DNA of 63,859 bases, counting the filler, from Salisapilia sapeloensis CBS 127946 (Eukaryota > Protista > Oomycota), in NCBI GenBank assembly GCA_023334545.1. It is 12 parts of 12 records of this genome, joined end to end, with 100 filler letters (N's around TTAATTAATTAA, not from the genome) between each part and the next. Parts side by side here need not be neighbours in the genome. Positions count along the whole stretch, not along the records: positions 35,542 to 38,613 come from JAADVB010000791.1; positions 38,714 to 41,765 come from JAADVB010000793.1; positions 41,866 to 62,741 come from JAADVB010000292.1; 9 more parts are not named here. One strand, written 5' to 3'. Positions within the stretch are counted from its first letter, which is position 1. Every line of letters begins with the position of its first letter. Of this stretch, positions 35,937-48,418 are shown piece by piece. Both the position numbers and the translations under genes were made by a program. Below the pieces are notes generated by a model. It saw only the letters and a list, made by a program, of their open reading frames with translations. It had not been told where the DNA came from and ran no database searches.

Positions 35937-38118
35937 CTACCAAACTCGACACTTGCTTGATGGGTTCATGGGAGAGTCTACTGGGCAATTGAAAGCCTTT
36001 GCGAAATGCTCGTCGTTCATGACGACGCCACGCACGCGCCACTCGCTTGGTGGGTGCGGGTCTGACAGAACTTGTCTCTGTGATGAACCAAGTAAGATAT
36101 GTTCTACTTTGTCGAATGTAGATATTTAAACCACTTACAATTGTCGATGCATCCGCACGAACCTCACATCTTGACTGAGCAAAAGCTAGGAAGAACGCTT
36201 GCTCTTCTTCGATTGGAATTTGCAACTTGTCCTCGATCTTTGTGTGCTTATGCTGGCGAAGAAATGTATGAAAAGCCTCATGTGCAAGTCGTACACCTCC
36301 CATATCCGCAATGTTCTCTCCTAATGTCTCCTTCCCGTCAACGTACATGCCCTCACCCTCAAACAAGGTATTTGAAACATTAAAAGACGACGATACTTGA
36401 AACGTCGAGTACAAGTCGGACACACACTTTGCTCGAGCGCTAAAGTCCGTCGCAGTGTCTACCATCCACCAGCTATCGGATTGACCTTGATCGCCTCTAT
36501 GTCTCCCGTAGTTATCAAAGCCATGCGTAATCTCGTGACCAAGTACCGATCCTAGGCGACCGAACGATAAGGCGGCGTCTGCATCTAGCTCGAAAAGGGG
36601 TGGCTGTAACACTGCGAATGGAATTGTTATCGCATTTTGAGCCAAATTGTAGAACGCATTCACTTCCGCTGACCCATGCATCCACTCATACACATCTATT
36701 AAATCCTTTGCTGGAGAACGTATCTTGTCCAACTGCTGTTCCAAACGCCATTGAGCAATCTTAATGCGATTGTCAAAGTACTTGTCTGAATGAAGTACCA
36801 GTCTACTCTGTTGTATGGCGTCTTGGAATGATTGCAATGGTTCAGACTTCCAGTAGCCAACGAAATGCCGTACTCGTTCTAGTTTCTCGATCGCCTTTCG
36901 CGTCGTTGCGACATCAAGCCAGTCGTATTGCTCCAGCTTTATCTTCATCGCCTTTTCTAACCATTTCAGCATTTCCTTTGCCTTGGACTCGATCAACGAG
37001 GCATTGGATGCATGTTTGTAAAACAATTCACCCGTTGCTTCCGGCATCAACGCATGGGTGATTTGGACGCAGTGTCTCCAACGATTAGAAGGCCTTTTGA
37101 TGCCATAGATTTTTCTCTTTAGGTACTCCTCGTCCAATGTTCGAAAACGTTTGGACAATCGTGACGCATTCGGCGCCATGTACCGATACACCAAGTATGT
37201 CTGCAGAGCCGATAACGAGACTGTCGAGACAACTTTCTCTGTATAGTACGCTCTAGCCTGTGCACTTGCATCCATTCGAAGTGGCGTGCTATAATTATTA
37301 AAGCTACCAGTGATCTGAGCCCCAGATAAAAAATGTCCGACGGAGAGAGGGTACTCCAGAGCAAAGTCTTTCATCGATGACTGCTCCACCGAGCCCAACA
37401 GTTGTGAAAGCCATACACTGGAATTGTGGTCAGCGATTGCAAGCTGCTGCTCAATGTATGCAACTGTCTTTGCTGCTTCCTTGCCCTGCTTGGACGAGTA
37501 CCCAACCGCACGAAATAGTTTGGCAATGAATTTTTTAAGTAGAGGGGCGTACGCCCGCAAAGTAGAGGAATGAAGGTAATATGCGGCATCAGGCAGTGTG
37601 AGCACAGCCTCCTTGAACCGCAGCGTTGTGGCAGACCGATTCTCAGGTATCGCCTCGAGTTGGAGTAACCAGTTGTATCCGCTTTGGTGGAGCTGGCCAG
37701 CTAATAAAGATACCTCTTCCTTCGTAGATGTGCTTTGAATTTTGCCTATCATAGCGTCCACGGGAGATGTATCTAGCGCATCTAGGGCATCTTCATCCAT
37801 GCAGGATTTGTAAAATGTCCCAAGAGCCTGATGGACGTCATTCCTCTCGTGGTCTTCGGATTCCAACAGGTGCCGCAATTGAATATCAACGGACTCTTCC
37901 AACTTTCCAAAACCTGAGCTATTTCTGGAAGACCCAGATGGTAGATCCTGTTCATTGTGAAAGTGTTTCAAGTAGCCGCCACATGCATACTGGTAAAAAT
38001 CATCACACGGATCAACTGCCGAGTCCATCCATTTGCTTACATATAGCTCTCTTGAAGAAGCCATCACTGCCACCGTGAAATACCAAAGCATGGTCAAACG
38101 AATACAATTCCGTATCAT
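35937..38118 (-). CDS. M13 family zinc metallopeptidase (neprilysin/ECE-like), likely secreted; one intron near the 3' end
   Basis: Signal-like N-terminus, DPCDDFYQYACG, VNAFY, HEITHGFD and ENIADMGG. The spliced end reads SDPHPPSEWRVRGVVMN...FNCP...MNP...CRVW*. Confidence 0.92.
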
Positions 38119-38713
38119 CGCTTTTAAACCTGCTTCTCGTCCTCGAAGGCTACAGTGGGAGCTAAATGAGCTATACTCTGAAATGTGCCAACCAGTATCA
38201 AGTCAATTCACGATCCACTAACGAAGGCATTGGAGATATTTTTATCCAATCAATTATCACTGACACTGTCTTCAACCTAACTTCAAGTACGATACACCTT
38301 GGCCACCTTGGTTTCCACGGTAGAAACCACTGAATAGAATCCGTTTCCGGGTATCAAAGAGCTTCCCAATATTTTTTGTCGAAAAAGTCGAGTAGAAGGG
38401 ATACAAAGAGCCGGGAGTACAGGGAAATTGGATGCACGTGCCATTCTACTGTCTGTACACATACTCCAGACAGAGATGCCTGTGGTAACTACTGAGGGAG
38501 CCGATACTCGAGGCGCACTGAGGAACTATCATCCGTCTACCGTCGGATTCAGTCATAACATGTCGCTCCTCAAGAAACAAAATGCCGAATCTGCACAGTG
38601 GGCCACGATCACCNNNNNNNNNNNNNNNNNNNNNNNNNNNNNNNNNNNNNNNNNNNNTTAATTAATTAANNNNNNNNNNNNNNNNNNNNNNNNNNNNNNN
38701 NNNNNNNNNNNNN

Positions 38714-38854
38714 GGCAGGATGCTTCGAATCAAGTGGCTACTCGAGCGACTCACCACTAACTGTCACCACAGGACATCTCATATCAATTTCGTCGCTGAA
38801 GCACGAGTCCGTACGCTTGGAAGTATACATCTCATTTTGTTTATGAGTAACGCC
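38714..38854. repeat. Left arm of a perfect 141-bp inverted repeat at the contig start (partner 41625-41765)
   Basis: GGCAGGATGCTTCG...TGAGTAACGCC is the exact reverse complement of 41625-41765. Confidence 0.95.
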
Positions 38855-39666
38855 CTGCACCCCCGCTTTGGAAGTTTCACTACACGTCTATTGTATTTGG
38901 CACGCTAGATCTACTTACAAGGACTTTTTTGTTGATACCCGGAATCGTGTGTCGACAGCGAGCTACCGCTTTCTTTATCAGTTTTTAATGCACCCGAATT
39001 TGTGTGCTGGTCTTCAGTTGGGCGACTACAGGCAACACATAAGCTTTGGTCATGCCCGAGAAGATCGTGGAACCCAAGCATATATCCTTTGATCTGGAGG
39101 CTGAATAGCTGCGATGGGTTTTCGTAGACAAATGAGAAAAATGTCGTGCACAGGATTTGACAAATGGAAACAAAGTGGTAGCAGACGCTATCGACGAAAC
39201 AGGTCAGCCAGGTCATGAAATATACGATTACAAGATGAAAGGAGTCATTGAAAGTTATTGCTTATGAAATTGAAATTGAATTTTATTTGTTATGGCGGCT
39301 AACTACACCCGGCGCCGCACGAAGCAGCAGGCACCAAATACAGAACTTCCGTGGAGGTCCTGCGGTAGTAGCTCGAGTTATTGCTAATGAAAGCTAACAA
39401 CTTATCCTGAAGTAACGAGGGCAAGTTTACTCATGAAACACTACAATGAATGTGCCATGATGAAGCTCTATGGCCGCGAAGCCTGCTGTCAACGAATGCG
39501 ATTTAATCGAGTCTAACTTGACTAAATCTCAATCACCAGGTATTTCCTCTTTTTAATTCCTTAACACTTAATCATCCCGACGGAGTCGTAACTCGGTTAT
39601 CTTCAGCCACGCCAACTGCCGACCACGTTCTTGATTGTTGAGAGACAGCTCCGAAATCTTACCCCT

Positions 39667-41125
39667 CTATACATTCTCAATCAACGTATCCAACTCGTCT
39701 TCACCCTCCGCACCACCTTGTGCGGAGGCATCTTCACCCGAGGACCGTCTTTTTGACTCAACAACGTAAGCTTTGTTACTAGATGATGTGAACTGAGCAA
39801 AGGCACTTAGTGAACCTTCTGTCGAAGGGCTACGTTGATCCGAGTCGAACTCGTACATTTCGCCAGCGCAGGACTCTTTGACGGTTAAATCGCTTGATTC
39901 GTCCGTCAGCTGAGAGATCCTGGACGGTTCGATGATGGTAGATTGTCTGTCTTCATTTTCGTACCGTCCAGCTCGAATTTCTTGACGGGTAACTTTATAT
40001 GAACTGACTTGGTTCGTAAGCTGGTCGCAATTGGGACAGAGGCGGATCTTTTTGACCTCCAGCTTCAACTGGGGAATAACCTCGAGCAACTGCATGGGAA
40101 GAACACATTTCCCGCAGGCAGATGCGTCACACAAGGTACAGGGGTAAGCTTTGCGCAAGGGACCAACTTGTTTTTCGCAGGATCGGCATTTCGACTTGTC
40201 TTCAACTTCGCTCCTGCCGATCAAACCCATGACATCGTCCTTGTTTACACCTTTTCTCTGAAGGAGCCACGAAAGCTAATTTTTTTGCACAATTGATAGA
40301 TGACCAAGCATCCACGAGTCCACTGGCCAAAGTGAAGACAGCAATCGAGTCAAGAAGATTGTTTCCGAATACTTCGTAGTATGCTTTGGTGAGCACTTCA
40401 ACCGACTGATCAAAAGTGGGTTTAAAAAGAACACAATACGAACCCGTGGTTCGTATTAAGGCTCTTCCTTCAAGAGGAGGCGTGGACGGTAAGTCGAGTG
40501 CATGTATCAGACTGTACCCAATGCGCTCATCTTTGCTAACTTGAAGAATGCCAGTCGCTCGAATATAAACAGCATCTCGGTCTTTGACAACCCCTCGGAG
40601 TGCTGAACTTGGAATACCAGAATGCCATTGGAGAACAGTACAACGATATGGATGTTCCAGAGTTGGCTTCTCAATTGTCGAAAGAATTTGGGAGTTCGTC
40701 ACCGGTGCTCCGACGTAACTCACACCTTGCAAACCTGTTGCCTCATTGCCGTACGCGAGACCATACAAGAGGTCGTCAATATAATGCGAGATCGTTCCAT
40801 TACCGACAATGATACGAGGCATCTGCCAGCCAGCACTATCACTATACGAATCTTTCACCACGCGCCGAGATGGGTGTCGCTCACGGTACATGGTCACATT
40901 GTTGGATGATTTGATCGGTTTCCAGCGTTCATTGTCGATTTCCCGAGGTACTGAGCGATCGAACTTTTGGTAATACCGGAGAGCTTCATGGACGAGTATT
41001 ATCGCGATGCGTTTGCAATCAGCCTTGTTCGCATCCGAGAGAGTAAAGCCTTCATACGTGCCTGTTGTCCACTGCGTCGACTCGACTTCGTAGTTAGCGT
41101 TAACGCGCTAATTGGAAAACGTCAT
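39667..41125 (-). pseudogene. START-like + FYVE-type zinc finger gene (expanded oomycete family), disrupted
   Basis: RWKPIK...VTMYRER, GTISHYIDDLLYG, DRDAVYIRATG, ERIGYSLIHALDLP and CRSC...CTLCDASACGKC. There is an in-frame TAG at codon 6 (41108-41110) and a frameshift at 40270-40273. Confidence 0.8.
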
Positions 41126-41624
41126 TGATGCAGAGTGCCAATACTTTAGGTGGAGACGATACGGCGGGAGTTACTGCTTGCGTGCTTTACATATTACCCT
41201 CTGTCGCGAGCCGATTGCCTTGTGTTAGGTATAGTAACATACCTCATACAGAAAAGCGAGAGATGTAATTAAACGCTCGGTGAGCTGTTACTGTCTGATC
41301 GCATCCTCATACTGTACTCGCTTCGACAACACCTGAAAAAATAGTGTCAACCAAGTGCATACCAGTCGAAGCGCAACTGGCTAAAGAGAATAGATCTGGA
41401 TGCTGAGCAAACACAGCCGTGCATGTCACTTCGTGTCCATTCCTTCATTTGCCAGCGCCTTTGTAACTCCCAAGGGAATAGATCTAATCCCAATTCCATA
41501 TAACTCCTGATAACGTGGCTCGCAGCGTTATCATATATTTTAAAAGATGTGTAAATGCAAATCACTTGCCCTTTGTCTAGTATAGTCATCAGACTAGAAG
41601 GGAGATAACGAAGTATGAGCACGA

Positions 41625-41765
41625 GGCGTTACTCATAAACAAAATGAGATGTATACTTCCAAGCGTACGGACTCGTGCTTCAGCGACGAAATTGATATGA
41701 GATGTCCTGTGGTGACAGTTAGTGGTGAGTCGCTCGAGTAGCCACTTGATTCGAAGCATCCTGCC
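41625..41765. repeat. Right arm of the perfect 141-bp inverted repeat at the contig end (partner 38714-38854)
   Basis: Exact reverse complement of the contig start. Confidence 0.95.
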
Positions 41766-41865
41766 NNNNNNNNNNNNNNNNNNNNNNNNNNNNNNNNNNN
41801 NNNNNNNNNTTAATTAATTAANNNNNNNNNNNNNNNNNNNNNNNNNNNNNNNNNNNNNNNNNNNN

Positions 41866-43563
41866 CGCACTAGCTATTACGGACGAAGAGGTCGGGGAGC
41901 TCTTCCAAGCCATCACTAGCTTTGGCACGGAGCAGACAGGCCTCGACTTTCTTCCCGACAGAGACTTCACTACGCTACTGGAAGACGCAAGCATGGAAGT
42001 AATGCTGTGAAACACCATGGCGGGAACATCGTCCGAAGAACGATGTCGAGTGTCTGCAACGGCGATGTATATAAGAGCGTACGAGGTGAGCGTACAGTGT
42101 TCATGTCCGTATAAAATGTAAATGCCATTCGACCATTATCCATTCCCTGCACTTATCTCCTTCCAAGCTGTTGCTTCAATCGTTCATTCTCATCCTCGAG
42201 CTCGACCAGTCTCGGTGCAATCTCTTCATCCATCTCTTGGATCTGATTCTTTAAATGATGATTCTCTTCTCTCAATCGAGAAACTTCATCACGCAGGTAG
42301 GTATTGATGTCCAGCTGCTGCTCCAGCGACGTCTTGGCCTCCATCAACGCTTCTTCCACTTCCAACTGCTTGCTCTTCGCAGCATCGGCCTGTTCCTGCA
42401 GAATGCGATCGCAATCAGCCATCAGCTTCTCGACTTCGTCCTCTTTTTGCTTAATCTCTTGCTGCGTCTTTTGCAATGACAGCTCATAATCCTCCATCCT
42501 AGTGGTCGAAGCTTTGGCCTGCTCCTGACGCTGTCGCAGTTGCTCCTCATTCTTTTCCAACTGCTCTTTCAGTTGGTTCACTTCGCTTTCATATCGATTC
42601 TCCTGAGTCTGCTGACGAAGTGTCTCTTGCTCGTTCAAGAGATCCGTGATCATCTGCTCATCTAATTCGCGCTGCGACCTGTTTAAGAGTTAATATTGGA
42701 TAGTGTAAGAGAGGTAGAGGCTTGTTACTTGATGCTGTTAAGAGCCGACGTCTTGTCGCTCAGTTCTTGCTGGAGCTTGTGCAGCTTCGTGTCAATGACG
42801 CGACGGCTGCTCATCATATCCTCCGTGTACTTCACGTTCTGCTGCGCACTTTCATTGTTCGTCTCAAGCCTAGAGCAGGAGTCAAGAACAGGTAGAGTAC
42901 GAGGACAGTAGGTAAAGTACATGTTGGTGAGCTTGGATATTTGAGACTGGAGCTGATTCTTCTGTTCACGTTCCATACGCAAAGCCTATCGAAAGGATGA
43001 GTAAAACCTACGCATAAGGGTATAGAGAAGATGACCTACGTGCTCAAAGACAGTTCCAGAACGTTTAGCATCTTCTTCGTCCTAGAATAGCCGTAAGAAA
43101 GAGTATGATATATGCATCGAAGGAGGAAATACCGTAAACGTGCGGATGTAGGTGGATGGGACGGACCATTCGCTACACTCCTTGCTTTCTTCCAATACGA
43201 CTCGAGCACGGAAGACGTAGTTCTGCGTCCACCAAATAAAAATCCTCGACATACTGTAAGAAAACATACAAACTACCACATACCGTATTCGGCGTCAGAT
43301 GCTTGACAGGGCAATTCCGGCTCCCGAATAACTCAGACTCGGTCCATGAGTAGTAGACATACCCGTGCTCACTATGCGACTACAAATACAGGTAAGAAGT
43401 TGACTTTTCAAGATCCAATGCAGCACGAGCGCTATACCACTTGGAACTTGTATCCTTTCGTATCCGGGAGTTGGCTCGTGTCTATACGAAGCGTCACGCT
43501 CTTGGACGTCTTACTCACGGCCTCTGGCGCGCGCAGCACTGGCAACTCCGGTAGCATCTGCAT
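41866..43563 (-). CDS. Fibronectin type III domain + long coiled-coil protein, multi-exon; 3' truncated by gap
   Basis: Joining GT-AG exons gives APEAVSKTSKSVTL...YKFQV/.../KHLTPNT/NYVFRARV...SEWSVPSTYIRT (FN3 pattern L-x-P-x-T-x-Y-x-F-R). E/Q/K-rich heptad exons follow (42153-42653). Confidence 0.65.
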
Positions 43564-43732
43564 CGGCTTCTCTCTCGTTTGTTTTCTTGGTACGTTCGCT
43601 CCGGCGCATACGAAACACCAGTCATTTGCAATATCTTGACGTTTGTATATGACCAAACTTATTGCAAAGGTAGCCATGATTACGGAACATTAACGTTGCC
43701 ACAATCGATCCTTGGTATCCGCAGAATCCAAA

Positions 43733-44062
43733 ATGGGAGGTGAGACGCACGCGACGTTCACGATGGCAGCTCTGATGGCCAGCGGAGGCATCATGGGGTA
43801 CTTGCGCAAAGGCAGCATGCCGAGCCTCGTGGCTGGTGTGACGCTCGGAGCTGGATTCACTGGTGCAGCGATGTTGTTGAAGCAAGGGCAGATGACGCAA
43901 GGCCATGGGAGCGCTCTTTTGCTCTCGGCCGTGACCATGTCGGCGATGGGCGTTCGTGCTATCCGAGGCAAAAAACCTCTCCCGATTGCCGTGTCCACCA
44001 TCGGCGCCCTCTCGACGGCCTACCACGCGCAGCGCTTCATGGACTGGGTCGGACAAGAGTAA
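43733..44062 (+). CDS. TMEM14: TMEM14 family small membrane protein
   Basis: MASGGIMGYLRKGSMPSLVAG signature and hydrophobic helices. Confidence 0.88.
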   Translation: MGGETHATFTMAALMASGGIMGYLRKGSMPSLVAGVTLGAGFTGAAMLLKQGQMTQGHGSALLLSAVTMSAMGVRAIRGKKPLPIAVSTIGALSTAYHAQRFMDWVGQE

Positions 44063-44168
44063 AGAAAAGAAGATCAGATTCAGAAATAAACACGTTGCGA
44101 CTGCCAAAGTGTGATCGAGATAGATTAGAAAGAATGGGTCAAAAAGAAAAGAAAGCGAACAAAGACAA

Positions 44169-45051
44169 CTAACAGCACTTGTTCCTCGCTCGGGTAAACC
44201 CGCTGTCTCGAATGAAGAGCACGTTGTCCTCGTCCGAGAGATCGCCTCTGCTAGCTCGAGCTTCCCCTGCGCCGTTGGAAGCGAGTGAAAGACGCTGATT
44301 CGATTTGGCGTTGTTGGGTGGCGTAGCACTTTTGCTATCACTTTTGCGCTTGTTCTGCTTGTATAACTGCATAGCAACGCTTTCAAACAAATCCAGGACA
44401 TTGTCCCCCGTCTTGGCTGACGTTGTAAAGTACTTGGCACCAATTTGTCGTGCAAAGTTCTCGGCGGCATTCGGATCCACCTTGTTTGGGCAGTCGATTT
44501 TGTTGCCAACGAGCGCTAGAACTAGTCGGTAGGACGTTGATTAGACGCTTTTACCCACCATTTGCTTCTTTTTAACATTTCGTCAGGGAGAAAGAGGACG
44601 TACCGATATCATCATCCACATGCTGCTGAAGATCTGACAGACAAAGTATCCGCGATGGAGGTAGACATCGTCACAGTAACGTTAGATGCAGTCTAAAGTA
44701 GCATATAGAGACAACTGTACCATGAAGCCACTCCTTGATTTTGGCAAAAGACTGCTCTTGGGACACATCAAAGACCAGTATGGCCGCCTTTGCCTGCCGG
44801 TAATACATAGGTGCCATGCTACGAAATCTTTCCTGTCCTGCAGTGTCCCATATCTGTAAATTCAGCTTCTTGGGCGGACCTTCTCCTTCGCCATCGCCGA
44901 CTAGCACTTTTTTCTGCAAGAACGACGCGCCAATGGTCGCACTCGTCGGCGTCACAAACGTGTTATTTACATAACGCAACGTCAGGGACGTTTTCCCCAC
45001 ATCCGTTGGACCGATGATCACGACTTTGCTGTCGAGTCCCGCGTCCTCCAT
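44169..45051 (-). CDS. Rab GTPase of the Rab5/21/22 group, 2 introns
   Basis: GPTDVGKTS, TIGASF effector loop, WDTAGQERFRSMAPMYYR, GNKID, TSAK and a C-terminal CC prenylation site. Confidence 0.92.
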
Positions 45052-45568
45052 GCTTCTCCTGCCCGCCTCGATTTTATATGTCCTGAAACGGTACTGAAAC
45101 TGGTACATCTATCATCGTGAAATTTTCCAAAAGAGGAGGTTTTATATCTAAACGAGACGGAAAGAGTCACATTGTCTAGCATGTTTCCAAATGTGAGGTT
45201 GATTTTGCCCTTTTAGACAAAAGTAGAATATAACGATAAAACTTTGACAAAGGTAAATTGAGTAGGAGATTCGTCGTCAAAAGTTTATGAGCTCCCACAA
45301 TAAACACAATCGTCCAAGCAAGCTTCCGTTTGCAGTATGTTCGTACGAAGAGTTCTCCATTTCAAAATAAGTTCGGAGAGGTGGAAGAGTACCCACCTTT
45401 TGACATGCCATAACTAATCTCACCATCCGATACATATCATGCTACGCTTCGATTTTTTCAGTGTCTTTTGCTCATGGATTCTGAATTAATTGCGACGAGA
45501 ACCTGCCTCTTCAGTTTGTAACAAAAGGATGTAAATATGTGAGTCACGCAAGGACAAAGACACAACTT

Positions 45569-47832
45569 ATGAGCTCCGTGCGTGATTTGTACGATTTAGC
45601 TGCTTCTCTCGAAGAGCAGGCTGCTTCTGTCAGATCTACAGACCCTCATAAAGCAGTGGAATGCTATGAGCAATGTCTTTCCATATGCAATAGACTGGTG
45701 CTTGTTGAATCCAAGTCACAAAAACAGGAGCTCGAGAATCGTATTGGTCATCTGCAGGAGAAATTGACACTTACCACGAATACGCTCGAGTACTGCATTG
45801 CCAATGCAATGCAATTGCACCAACAAGCTCAGAGGATGGAAAGGGATGAAAAGAATACGCAAGGTTGCATAGAAGCGTATACAGAAGCTGGCTTGTGCTA
45901 TCTCCAAGCCCTACGTTATGCTGAAACACAAGCGAATGGCGTAACAATTACAAAAGAACTCAAGACACAGGTAGAGTACATTATCAAGTACACGGAAAGT
46001 CTCAAGAAGCGCCTACAGGTAGCATCGACATTCCAACAGCACGCAACTGATCAAAGCTTGGAAATCGATGACGTTCGCAAGAGGCTTCGAGCTCAAAAGA
46101 GCAGCCAATCCGATGGTGCAGCTACCTATTCTTCTGATGAAGTAGCAGTCTTGCGTGGTTCGTCTCTAATTAACGGCCACATCTATCTGCCTTGGATCGA
46201 TGCCAAGGACCGACTTACTCTTCCATCCATGTCCAGCACAAGCATGGTGTTGTACGAGGACCCGGACGGATTGCTAGCTCTTTCTCCTTCTCAACTACGC
46301 AAGCACCCAGTGTGGAAACGTCCGCATGATTTCTGTCGCGACCCACAAGTCATCGTCCGCATGTCACCGTTAACCGTAAAGCAGGAGATGGTGACGGACT
46401 GTTCGTTCGTTGCTTCTTTATGTATCTGCGCTGCTTACGAAGAACGCTTTCATAAACCCTTGATCTCCTCTCTCATTTATCCACAAGATTCTCTATCGAC
46501 ACCATCCCAGCCATCGTATAATCCTCATGGTCAGTACTGGATCCAACTCTGGGCCAACGGAGTTCCTCGTAAAGTCGAGATCGACGATCGGTTACCAGTG
46601 AGCGAAAACTCTGGAAAGCTTCTCGTGAGCTGTACCACAACTTCAAACGAATTATGGGTGAGTTTGATTGAAAAAGCGTATTTGAAACTAAACGGCGGTT
46701 ACGACTATCCTGGTGGAAACAGTGGCATTGACGTGTTTGCTCTCACTGGATGGATCCCAGAGTGCATACAGGTCGCAGATGTCGCAATGGATGCTTCGTA
46801 TGAAGATTTGATATGGGATAAGATGCAAAGTGCTTTTCATTTCGGCGATTGTATACTCACCATGTCGACTGGCGATTTAAGCAGAGAGGTGGAGAGAGAC
46901 ATTGGGCTCGTTAGTACACATGTGTATGCTATTTTAAATGTGCATGAAGTGGAGATACCAGAAGCAGCGTCCATTGGCGACTGGGACGAAGAAGCGTTGG
47001 AAGACTACTTGTCGTCTAATCTAGATGCCGAGGAAGAACGTGTTTCGGATAATAACTTGGCAAGAGGCAAAACGTCCGTGCGATTGCTACAGGTACAGAA
47101 TCCATGGCGGAAGCGTAGTTGGAAAGGTCCGTTTTCATCTCGAGATTTGAGTGTCTGGCAGTCGGATCTAGGAGATCAGCTTCGAAAGCACGAGTTTTAC
47201 ATGAGTGAAGCAGACGAAGGTGATGATGGTATGTTTTGGATCGACCTGAACTCGGTCAAAGAGTATTTTGATTGTTTGTATTTAAATTGGAACCCCGAGT
47301 TGTTCCAGCACAAGTACATTACGCACAGCCACTGGCCGATGGAAAGAGGGCCTCGAGACGACACTTACGACGTTAGTTGGAATCCACAGTATGCGCTCAA
47401 GATCCCCGAGCCATTGGTGAAGAAAGAGTTAATATGGTTATTAATATCTCGGCACGTATGCACCCTTCACTCGGGAGTAAAAAGTAGTGAAGAGGACGAT
47501 GTCTTCCACACCTTACATGTGTACAAAGGCACTCGAGGTGAACGAGTTCATCATACTCGAAAGAATGGCGTTCTACGAGGGACGTATAATAATAACCCAC
47601 ACGTGCTTATACGTTTAGAAGTTGGGCCTGGCGACGACGCGTTTGTAAGTGGATAGTTTTATCGGATCCTTTATTGATACGTGGCTAATGTCTTGTATGT
47701 TCATAGACTGTAGTCGTATCGCAGTACGACAAGTGGTGTGATATGGACTACACTCTTTCCGTATTCTCATCCGTATTGTTTCAATGTCATGACCTCCCGC
47801 TCCCGTCAGAGGAGGAAACTAGTAATGAATAG
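45569..47832 (+). CDS. CAPN7: Calpain-7/PalB-like cysteine protease (MIT-like helices + CysPc + domain III); intron 47645-47707
   Basis: Catalytic triad DCSFVASL, HVYAIL and QNPW, plus LIEKAYLKLNGGYDYPGGNS and NPQY. The spliced last exon reads TVVVSQYDK...YTLSVFS. Confidence 0.9.
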
Positions 47833-48418
47833 TCAAAAATGTAAATATCAAGTCTTCTTTAAAAACTACCTTTGCGGCTTGGTTGATAGTGGAAGGATAT
47901 TCAAGGAACAGTAGCTGGTTTTGTATGTACATGTATCGATACGTGTCGCTGCTTTAAACCGTTTGCTGATCGCTTTGAACTATTGCAACCCTGAAGGAAA
48001 AAGTGGGCACAGACAGTATTCAATTATAGGCCTTCCTGTAAATACACCGGACGTTATCTCGATCGTTAGTCGTACTATAAAATGTTGGAATAAGCTTCTT
48101 CGTGACTAGGGCTATCTAGAATAATAGTTTAGTTTTACAACTAAAAGAAACATTGGCAATCATTGTTTGTTAGTCGATTGCTTCCATTCCCTGGCTGGAA
48201 TTGCTAACTTTTAATTGGAAAACTCATTGAAGAATGCTTATTTTTATGCTCACGCTCTTTTAAATGATGTGCACTTCCTTGCATATTCTGGCTCCATTTT
48301 AAAATGGTAACCTATTCTATTTTTGTCGGCTCGATCTTTAGTTTCATGCATTTGCTCAATTCTGAGAGAGCTAGCACCGACCCAACTACCTCAACGTTTG
48401 AGCAGTATAACAAAGACG

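Noticed and set aside
39260-39430. Possible LINE/SINE 3' end (AATAAA followed by a TTTCAA-type repeat on the minus strand)
   Set aside because: Only about three repeat units, with no RT remnant or TSD identified.
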